Shown here: piece by piece, positions 57,401 to 64,000 of the stretch | Layout: every line of letters starts with the position of its first letter | How positions within the stretch are numbered: the stretch's first letter is position 1 | Notes under the pieces: generated by a model | Databases searched by the model: none | The model's input: the letters and a program-made list of their open reading frames with translations, nothing else | What the model was told of the DNA's origin: nothing | Assembly: GCA_038212275.1 (NCBI GenBank) | Contig: JBBQUR010000006.1 | Span: 32,001-96,000 of the forward strand | From: Planctomycetota bacterium | Lineage (GTDB): Bacteria; Planctomycetota; B15-G4 | Direction of reading: 5' to 3' | DNA length: 64,000 nucleotides | Translations under genes and position numbers: made by a program

Positions 57401-58793
57401 AATCTCGGTAGAGGGTGGCTTGGGTGGTAGCCAGAGTGGCTTCGGGCGAGGCGGGTCGGGTGGTTCAGGCTACATCCGAATCGAGTCATTCGAAGACGAT
57501 ATTGCGCCCTCGAGCCTCGCAAACGTTACGTTCCCATCCGTCGATGAAAGCAATATGGGCCGCCTGATCGGCCTTCCTCAGGGTGTCGCCCAGAGTCTTT
57601 TCTATGAAGCTTCTACGCTGAATCCGGCGTGGCAAGGCGTCCACGTGAGCTATTTTGCGGACACAAACGCGGATGATATTCTGGAATCGCTCGCGTGGAG
57701 TTTCGATGGAACGGGCAGCGATGGAGGGACTGAGAAGTACATTGACCCCCCGTTCAGGATAAGGTTCAACACGGCCCCGTTCAGTGACGCCGGTTTCATT
57801 GATGAGACTCTCGTGAATAGTGAGTTCTATTCTCCGGCCGATCTGGTCTCGGCACGGACAGGATTGGCGTGGAACTCGGCGGCAAACGTGTTGCTCTTTT
57901 GCGTCGGTGAGGGCTGCACGCAGATCGATCGACTGGATCCGATCAGCCTGCTACCGGTCTCCACTGGAGTCCCAAACGTCCTCCTGCCCGTCATCCCTTC
58001 GGTGGGCTCTTCCAAGCTGAATGTCCTGTCGATGGCCGTGGATGCTTCACGGTCTGAAGTGTTTCTGCTTGAGCGTGCAACACGGAAGGTTCACGTCATC
58101 GATGCGAACACGGCGGAATTCAAGCGAACAATCACGCTACCTCGGGACCTTCAGGGGGCGATGACCTATTTGCCCGATCCACTGGATCTCCTCATTTTCG
58201 CCGACAATGCGAATGACCGCCTCGTGACATTCCTCCCCCGAAATTCTGCGGCTCCCAACCCGGCGACCACCGACTATTCGCCCTTGGTTCCGGTTTCGCA
58301 GTTCGATGTGAGTCGGGATGGAGTGTTGGTCGATATGGAGCTAGTTGGCATGGCGTATGACGAGATCTCGCAGCGGCTGTGGTGTTCAGACAGCATCGCC
58401 GGGTCGGTTTTCGAACTTAATTTTGCTGCGGGATTCGAAGGTACGTCTCTGATCGGAAGCGAACGATTCAGTGCGCTCACGTTTGGTGGCGACGGTGCCT
58501 TGCCATCTGCCATAGCGTTTCGGAGCGGGTCGTTGTTTCTTGTGCATGCTACCGATCCCCTGGACAGTCGGATTCAGTCGTTACCTCCGACAAGCGTCAG
58601 CCTGATCGGCGAGGATCTCGCCCTCACCGCATTCGGTGTGGTCTTGCCGGAGAGTCCGAGAGCAATCGGTGCTGGAGACGTGTTCATTCGATTCCGGGCA
58701 TCGATTGACGGCGCACATGATGCCGACGGCGTGTCGTTTCGTACGGTGCGTATCGACTCAATCGACATGCGCTACGTCAACGACTCGTTCTGA
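54471..58793 (+). CDS. Giant predicted lipoprotein C: Ig-like, glycine-rich, with a propeller-like segment (1440 aa)
   Basis: Lipobox IGAC followed by a Gly/Ser linker; LVFSKDISPASV; DINGDG, DRNGDG; polyglycine tracts. Confidence 0.8.
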   Translation: MRMSFSFFRSSSFALLCLLIGACGGGTVASSSSGGGGNGAGGAFSVTGGPNGGGIGGLNLPVSLVFSKDISPASVNAVTVQVVTILDPAGQATALPGIVASVTYSVTGNLLRLTPSVTFEPSKVSYGFVANALYEIAFSDPSNGASVTSSTGQSMANPEATFFFRTPSKGFDLNPGYPAVRAFFVDDPSSVSLPAVILDINGDGSLLLEVLSYYENEVEVVALSSPLEVPSAPVRDILFIFNDAVIPNTVLNPIDDSSPAIVVSINAASLPTYLPKAIPAEYSFTHQQADLSIIRWHPAATAFPPASFLFVEVAPTVQDLACNTKAGQSEVGVPDLLATIRVSDDPDLAVYTLTEPFDDDSNEDQNNTSAAWASDFPGLLGPVLGGGTGAEGPLLIDSNITVSDPGQTVVPIGSVIDVPGKRLLLPTVEAVAEGVFEPRIYNLSSFLLPAGWTLGVLFDRNGDGVFDPDEYLVQSIGHPLDGMGAPLTIRCAGNLQLLGIVDVRGADAPTLVRPESTFDALYSGYMGQGAPSLAALQAGGSGGRGGDVLLLGSGGLNPIPLKSPSAVPAYQSSDGKLTGASGRSSLLTATTLHDSNANFFAIDNVHGTGDPALVSLVNAGEILLQPNLGVGSSLLGNSGTANQSIDENHPTFVVESVSTVSGQTTFTVRSAPGDPTLTQASKNIGMSAIAAAGDCYLVGRLRGGNGGDTTPMDRGGVGAEPFVVVNEGALGVSTTGGGGGGGGSIREGSTGESDGPPSDPLVNQRGLSGGVALDDSAGANGGLGTIEGLGKIINSSQLDVVSQTGGRPLAELAGGELVGSLILPNVLNDGWLFEIVAFDGFTITVEHIQIDAIDVGLTDDPGLIPGSDYAFRIVPSLEIGGAGGGGSGVCVTGTVNNVATVLPTLAPGAAGGTGGGSVLLETARDLLVGPTGGVLADGGKGGLVFDVQTKFAGGGGGGGGNAVIRAGRSLQVFQGGRISVEGGLGGSQSGFGRGGSGGSGYIRIESFEDDIAPSSLANVTFPSVDESNMGRLIGLPQGVAQSLFYEASTLNPAWQGVHVSYFADTNADDILESLAWSFDGTGSDGGTEKYIDPPFRIRFNTAPFSDAGFIDETLVNSEFYSPADLVSARTGLAWNSAANVLLFCVGEGCTQIDRLDPISLLPVSTGVPNVLLPVIPSVGSSKLNVLSMAVDASRSEVFLLERATRKVHVIDANTAEFKRTITLPRDLQGAMTYLPDPLDLLIFADNANDRLVTFLPRNSAAPNPATTDYSPLVPVSQFDVSRDGVLVDMELVGMAYDEISQRLWCSDSIAGSVFELNFAAGFEGTSLIGSERFSALTFGGDGALPSAIAFRSGSLFLVHATDPLDSRIQSLPPTSVSLIGEDLALTAFGVVLPESPRAIGAGDVFIRFRASIDGAHDADGVSFRTVRIDSIDMRYVNDSF

Positions 58794-58800
58794 GCCCGCA

Positions 58801-60069
58801 GTGTCCTTCCAGCTCGAGGTTCGAGCTGCTTTGAGCGCCGACGGGCGTGTCATCGCGCCTGCCATTTGGCGGGTGGAGGGAGGCCGCACTCGTGCGCTCG
58901 ATCCGCTTCCACGTCCCGGGCCAGGCCTCGTTGACGCGATGCTGCTTCCGGGCTTGGTGAATGCCCATTCACATCTCGACTTGTCGGGGGCGGCGGCCCT
59001 GCCGGCAACCGCCCCCTTCACGGACTGGCTGGCGGGCGTGGGAGGCATTCGGAGTGCCGAGCGAGACATCGTGGAGAGTGCCTATCGCGAGTCGAAGTCT
59101 CTGGCCAGCCGTGGGGTTGTTGCGGTCGGCGACATCGATGGGAGTGGCGGCGGTGGCACGGCGGGCCGAAGACGGAGTTTGCTGGGAGGGGTCTCCTACA
59201 TTGAGGTTCTCGGTGTTCGGCGGGAAAGCGCTCGTGCGCAGCTTGCCCAGTCTCTTGCGCTCATTGACCGCATCGGTGGGGGGGCTCAAGCGCTTGGGCT
59301 TTCGCCGCACGCGCCGTACTCGGTTCATTCTGAAGTGCTGCCAGAAATCGCCCGTGCAGCCAAGTCGCGCGGATTGCGTTTGGCGATGCACTTGGCGGAG
59401 ACTGCCGAGGAAACTCGATTCATGCTCCGGGGCGACGGTCCCTTCGTGGAATTCCTGCAGTCTGCAGGGCGTGGGCTGCCGTTTACCGATCCCCCTGGGG
59501 TCCGGCCCATTGCGTTTGCGGACGAGGCTGGCCTGCTCGCTGCAGGTTGCGTCGTGATTCATGGCAGCGACTTGGATGACGACGACATTGCTCGACTCGC
59601 GGCTCACCGCGCGTCGGTCGTCTACTGTCATGGAACGAACGTGCACTTTTCGCGGCCTCGGCACCGCTTTCCAGAACTGCTTGCAGCAGGAGTGAATGTC
59701 GCCTTCGGCACCGATTCAGGTTTGAGCAACAGTGGGGTAGACCTGTTCGACGAACTCTGCAAGCTCCGTACGGATTGGATGGAACTGGATGCGATGACGC
59801 TCATCCGTTGTGCGAGCTGGGGCGGAAGGGTGGCGTTGCAGCACGAGCCCGCAGCCGCGCTCTTGCAGCCGGGAAGCCAAGCCGACGCGCTGCTCGTCTC
59901 GGCGCCGGCAAGTGCTGAGAGCCGCACCGCAAGCGACCTGGCTGGTTGGGCCCTATCCGGTTCGGCAGTGCCGTTGCTCACGTTTCACGCGGGGGTGCCT
60001 AGCGGAGGGCACGAGGTCTTGAGTGGGCCGCTTCGTGCATTCCTTGACACTGCCGTGAGGCACGGCTAG
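58801..60069 (+). CDS. Metal-dependent amidohydrolase (aminodeoxyfutalosine/MTA deaminase-like)
   Basis: PGLVNAHSHL, SPHAPYSV, MHLAE..EE, GTDS. Confidence 0.88.
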   Translation: MSFQLEVRAALSADGRVIAPAIWRVEGGRTRALDPLPRPGPGLVDAMLLPGLVNAHSHLDLSGAAALPATAPFTDWLAGVGGIRSAERDIVESAYRESKSLASRGVVAVGDIDGSGGGGTAGRRRSLLGGVSYIEVLGVRRESARAQLAQSLALIDRIGGGAQALGLSPHAPYSVHSEVLPEIARAAKSRGLRLAMHLAETAEETRFMLRGDGPFVEFLQSAGRGLPFTDPPGVRPIAFADEAGLLAAGCVVIHGSDLDDDDIARLAAHRASVVYCHGTNVHFSRPRHRFPELLAAGVNVAFGTDSGLSNSGVDLFDELCKLRTDWMELDAMTLIRCASWGGRVALQHEPAAALLQPGSQADALLVSAPASAESRTASDLAGWALSGSAVPLLTFHAGVPSGGHEVLSGPLRAFLDTAVRHG

Positions 60070-60072
60070 GGT
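60044..60072 (+). promoter_or_regulatory. Sigma70-like promoter, probably leaderless
   Basis: TTGACA-N17-TAGGGT, 7 nt before ATG 60080; spacer contains the inverted repeat gccgtg-agg-cacggc. Confidence 0.6.
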
Positions 60073-60079
60073 CCTCCGG

Positions 60080-61087
60080 ATGTCGCCGCTTTCGTCTCGC
60101 TTCGATGAGCTGAAAGCGCTGATCGCTTCCAGTTCGCGGGTCGTTGTGGCGGGGCATGCCCGTGCCGATGGCGACTCCGTGGGGGCGGTGGCTGCATTGA
60201 GGCGTCACCTTGAAATCGAGGGCAAGGATGTCACGGCCCTGCTCCTCGAGCCTCTTTCGCCGCGCTACGCATTCATGGAGTTCAGCCGGCATCACGACGT
60301 TTTCGACCCTGCGAGGCACGCTGCTCTGCTGGCTTCGACTGACCTGTTCATCATGTGCGACCTCGCCTCCCTTGGTCGGCTCGGTGCGCTGGGAGAGGCT
60401 GTCTCCAACGCCGGCTGCCGCACGGTTTGCGTCGATCACCACCCTTGCGAGGACGAGGGCCCGGCGGACATCAATCTGCTCGACAGCACCGCGACGGCGA
60501 CCGGCCGGATCGTATGGGACTACATCCGACACGCGGGGGGGCGAGTGGACCGTGAAATTGCGGAAGGCGTCTTCGTTTCCCTATGCACCGACTCGGGCTG
60601 GTTTCGCTATTCGAACACGGACGCCTCCGTACTCGCGCTCGCCGCGGAGCTGGCCGGCTACCGACTGGACCTTCCGAGCATCTACCGAACGATCTACCAG
60701 AGCAACAGCGTGCCGATGCTGCGGCTGTTGGGGCACGTGACGCGCAGTCTCAATGAGGAATGCGATGGTGCCTTCGTCTGGACCATCATTCGCGACGAAC
60801 TGATCCGCGACCTGAGCGTGAAGCGCCTGGACAGCGATCCAATTCTCGATGTGCTTCGTTCCGCCGAGAACGTCAACGTCGTCGCACTCTTCACGGAGCA
60901 GCCAGACCGCAGCATCGCCGTGAGCCTGCGTTCGCGCGGCATCCCCGACGTGAACCGTATCGCCCGCTCGTTCAATGGGGGCGGGCATGTTCATTCCGCC
61001 GGCACGATGCTGGAGGCTGAGACTGCGGAGCGCGAGATGCGCCGCATGGTGGCCGTCATCCGCCAGTCGCTGTGGGCTGGGCGCTGA
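60080..61087 (+). CDS. nrnA: DHH/DHHA1 phosphoesterase (NrnA-like)
   Basis: H...DGDSVG, VDHH, TDSG.F.YSNT, SLRS, GGGH..SAG. Confidence 0.9.
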   Translation: MSPLSSRFDELKALIASSSRVVVAGHARADGDSVGAVAALRRHLEIEGKDVTALLLEPLSPRYAFMEFSRHHDVFDPARHAALLASTDLFIMCDLASLGRLGALGEAVSNAGCRTVCVDHHPCEDEGPADINLLDSTATATGRIVWDYIRHAGGRVDREIAEGVFVSLCTDSGWFRYSNTDASVLALAAELAGYRLDLPSIYRTIYQSNSVPMLRLLGHVTRSLNEECDGAFVWTIIRDELIRDLSVKRLDSDPILDVLRSAENVNVVALFTEQPDRSIAVSLRSRGIPDVNRIARSFNGGGHVHSAGTMLEAETAEREMRRMVAVIRQSLWAGR

Positions 61088-61845
61088 TGTCACGCTTCGC
61101 GATCATTTCCGACTTGCATAGCAACATCGAGGCGCTCGGCGCAGTGCTCGCGCGACTCGACCGCGAGGGGATCGAGCGTATCGTGTGTCTCGGTGATGTC
61201 GTGGGCTACGGCCCGGATCCCGAGCACTGCATCGACCTCGTCATGCAGCGTTGCCAGCTCACGCTCTGCGGCAATCACGACGAGGCGCTGCTGCGCGGTG
61301 CTCACGACTTCAATCCGGTTGCGCGTCAGGTGATCGAGTACAACCGCCGCATGCTGAAGCCGACGCTGCTCTCGGGTTCTGCACGACGTGCCCGGTGGAA
61401 GTTCATCGAAACGCTGCCGGTGAGCCACCGGGAGGGTGACTTCCTCATGGTGCACGGGAGCCCGCGCGACCCGATTCACGAATACATCATGAAGACCGAC
61501 GTGATCTTCGTCCCCGACAAGATCCGCGATATCTTCCAGCATTTCGAGGGGCTCTGTTTCGTGGGGCACACGCACTTCCCGGGCGTTTTCTCGAGCGACC
61601 TGCAGTTTCGAGACCCGTCGCAGCTCGACTATGCGTACGAGTGGACGGGCGAGAAATCCATCGTGAACGTCGGATCTGTAGGGCAACCACGCGACGGAGA
61701 TCCGCGCGCATCCTGCGTGATCGTCGAGGACCATCTCATCCGCTTCCTTCGCACGGACTACGACATCGCCACGTGTCAGCGCAAGATCTACGACAACCCC
61801 AACATCCCCGATCTGTGCGCGGCTCGACTGGAAATAGGCAAGTGA
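61087..61845 (+). CDS. Metallophosphoesterase
   Basis: SDLHSN, LGDVVGYG, GNHD, HGSP, GHTH, NVGSVGQPRDGDPRA. Confidence 0.92.
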   Translation: MSRFAIISDLHSNIEALGAVLARLDREGIERIVCLGDVVGYGPDPEHCIDLVMQRCQLTLCGNHDEALLRGAHDFNPVARQVIEYNRRMLKPTLLSGSARRARWKFIETLPVSHREGDFLMVHGSPRDPIHEYIMKTDVIFVPDKIRDIFQHFEGLCFVGHTHFPGVFSSDLQFRDPSQLDYAYEWTGEKSIVNVGSVGQPRDGDPRASCVIVEDHLIRFLRTDYDIATCQRKIYDNPNIPDLCAARLEIGK

Positions 61846-61981
61846 GTCGAGTCGTGCGCGACATCACGGACGGCACTACGCACAGGATCGGCCCTGCCGA
61901 GGTCACCGCGCGATCGATGCGGGTTTCGAGCCCCCCTCGGGCCCGGAAGAGCATGAATCCGTGTCTCTGGGTTCGGCTTCC

Positions 61982-62905
61982 ATGACGGTTGCCAACAAGC
62001 TTGTTGAACTTTCCTTGCCACTCATTCCGCGGCGCGCGCTCTGGCTGGTGGCGCAGCGCTACGTTGCCGGTGACGACCTGCCGGCGGCCATCGATGCGAT
62101 TCGACGACTCTCCGCCGACGGCTTCGGCACGATCATCGATGTGCTTGGCGAAAATATCTCCACGACCGGTGAAGCTGAGGAGGCCGCGCGCGAGTACCAC
62201 CGGGCGCTCGCCGCGCTCACCGACGTGGATCGCGGTTGCGTGCTCTCGGTCAAACCCACGCATCTCGGCTTGCTGCTCGATCGGACTCTGTGCGAGCGGC
62301 TGCTCTCCGACCTCTGTATCGCCGCCGCAGGTCAAGCCCGGCGCGTTCGTTTCGAGATGGAAGACTCGACCACGATCGACGCAACTCTCGCCGCATTCGC
62401 CGCAGTACGGCGCAGCCACTCCAATCTCGGCTGCGTGCTTCAGTCCCGGCTGTTCCGAACGGAAGCGGACGTCACGAGGCTGCTCGCTGCCTGGCCGGAC
62501 CTCAGCGTTCGCCTGGTCAAGGGTATCTATATCGAGCCCAAGGAGATCGCCTGGACCGAGCCTGACGACATCTCTGCCAGCTTCGTGCGCCTTGCGAAGC
62601 AGCTGTTCGACGGGGGTGCCACGGTAGGTCTGGCGACACACGACAGTGCTCTGGCCCAGCAGCTCGTTGCGGAGGTTCGGAATCGCGGCTTCGACCGCGG
62701 CGACATCGACTCACGTCGCTACGAGTTCCAATGCCTCATGGGCGTGCGAAGCGAGTTTGCCGGTCAGCTGCGTGACGCCGGCCACCCGACCCGCATCTAC
62801 GTGCCGTACGGAAAGGACTGGCATGCGTACTCGATGCGGCGACTCAAGCGAAACCCGGCCATCGCGATGCACGTGGCGCGCGCTCTCTTCCATCGCGACG
62901 GCTGA
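61982..62905 (+). CDS. Monofunctional proline dehydrogenase
   Basis: RYVAG, LGE, SVKPT.LG, RLVKG.Y.E, ATHD, EFQ.L.G, YVPYG.DW..Y..RRL. Confidence 0.9.
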   Translation: MTVANKLVELSLPLIPRRALWLVAQRYVAGDDLPAAIDAIRRLSADGFGTIIDVLGENISTTGEAEEAAREYHRALAALTDVDRGCVLSVKPTHLGLLLDRTLCERLLSDLCIAAAGQARRVRFEMEDSTTIDATLAAFAAVRRSHSNLGCVLQSRLFRTEADVTRLLAAWPDLSVRLVKGIYIEPKEIAWTEPDDISASFVRLAKQLFDGGATVGLATHDSALAQQLVAEVRNRGFDRGDIDSRRYEFQCLMGVRSEFAGQLRDAGHPTRIYVPYGKDWHAYSMRRLKRNPAIAMHVARALFHRDG

Positions 62906-62943
62906 TGGCGGAGCCGAATCTCTGATCCTCGGGAGGATCAGCC

Positions 62944-64000
62944 TCAGGGACGCAAGGGACTCTCGAAGAACTGCCAGCGGTCGCCGTCGGCGTTTCCCGG
63001 GACGTCGCCATGCCGGACCCAGTCCGGGACTGCTTCGCCCGGCGCGATCGCGATGGTGATCGTCAACGGGCTGAGGTTGAAGCGCGTCGCGTAGGACCGC
63101 GCCGCTTGCGACGCAGCTTCCTCCGACTCGGAAGCCTCGGGAACGACGTGGCGTTGGCAACGATGGAGGAAGACGAAGCCGATGCCGGCAGGACGGACAT
63201 AGATCGTGTCGGCGGCCGGGTCGGTGGCCTCGCGCAGGCTGTCCGCCAGCCGCGCCTGGGCTGTCGACGCGCGCGCCGGTGCTGCATTTCGATACTGCTG
63301 CCAGGAGAGCGTCAGCAACACGGCGGACAGGAGGATGCCTATGGCGGTCGAAGGGCGTGCGGCCTGTTCACGAGGGAACAGCAGCGTTGAAGTGGCGAGC
63401 ACGACGTAAGGCAGCAACAGCAACGAGAAGTGCTCGTGGCCCGTTGCGTGTCGCGCAAAGAGGGTGACGTTCAGCGTCCCGACGGCAAGCAGGACGAGAA
63501 GCGCTCGTCGCAGCAGCGCGCCGCGTCGCGGCAGCAGGCCAAGCGCCACGATCGCCGGCACGAGCGCCCAGCCGTAGAGGCTCAGCAGATGCTCGCGCAT
63601 GGCAGCCAGCCATTCCGTCGGCACGAAATCTGGTGCAAGGAAGGTGGTCGCCAGACCTTGCGAGACCAGCCCGCCGAGAGCTACCGGCTGCGCCGCCCGC
63701 GCCATCAGTGCACAGGCAGTCAGCACGGCCGCCGCCGCTGCGAGCGAGTACCACCATTGCCGCCGGGGCGGCCAGCGCATGGCGAAACACAGCGGCAGCA
63801 GCGCGACGTAGTCGGTCAGGGCCGCCAGCGCGGCAACCAGCCAGGTCGTCGGTCGATCGAGCAGCAGCCCACGCAGCAAGGCGAGCATTGCCGGCAGCGC
63901 CAGCGTCTCATAGTTCACGAGAAGACCGTGGTGGAGGCTCGCCGGGAGGGCAAGCGCAAACACCGCGGCGGCGAGGCCGGCGTGACGGCCAGAGAGCCGC
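62944..64000 (-). CDS. Multi-pass membrane protein, possibly a GT-C/ArnT-like glycosyltransferase (5'-truncated)
   Basis: Many TM helices; frame open to the window edge. Confidence 0.55.
   Translation of the reverse strand, partial: RLSGRHAGLAAAVFALALPASLHHGLLVNYETLALPAMLALLRGLLLDRPTTWLVAALAALTDYVALLPLCFAMRWPPRRQWWYSLAAAAAVLTACALMARAAQPVALGGLVSQGLATTFLAPDFVPTEWLAAMREHLLSLYGWALVPAIVALGLLPRRGALLRRALLVLLAVGTLNVTLFARHATGHEHFSLLLLPYVVLATSTLLFPREQAARPSTAIGILLSAVLLTLSWQQYRNAAPARASTAQARLADSLREATDPAADTIYVRPAGIGFVFLHRCQRHVVPEASESEEAASQAARSYATRFNLSPLTITIAIAPGEAVPDWVRHGDVPGNADGDRWQFFESPLRP

Overview
A 64-kb stretch of a high-GC bacterial chromosome. Gene content suggests an uncultured Planctomycetota-like lineage, but this is inference only. 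In order along the window: (1) 1-21 kb, a cell-envelope glycosylation region with GT2/GT4 glycosyltransferases, two polyprenol-phosphate sugar synthase-like GT2s, ArnT-like and two YfhO-like GT-C membrane proteins, a DedA/VTT protein, methyltransferases, an FAD oxidoreductase and lepB. (2) prkA/yeaG-yeaH-spoVR, a HAD phosphatase and a 27-aa lysine-rich miniprotein. (3) A housekeeping block: tRNA-Arg(ACG), tadA, two tRNA-Ser, SRP RNA, dnaX-ybaB-recR, rpoN-truA-hpf-ptsN-ptsH, DUF2344, rne/rng, rplU-rpmA-obgE. (4) About 40-59 kb, a visibly lower-GC segment with a GspC-like PDZ protein, coaX, a short MnmE-like GTPase, three giant paralogous glycine-rich, Ig-like lipoproteins sharing a C-terminal motif, a small Ig-like lipoprotein, a prepilin peptidase and tatD. 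(5) An amidohydrolase, DHH phosphoesterase, metallophosphoesterase, proline dehydrogenase and a partial membrane protein. The best candidate for an undescribed system is the giant-lipoprotein cluster, possibly a surface layer or appendage exported by a T2SS-like route. No CRISPR array or mobile element was seen. All calls come from motif recognition by eye; no searches were run.
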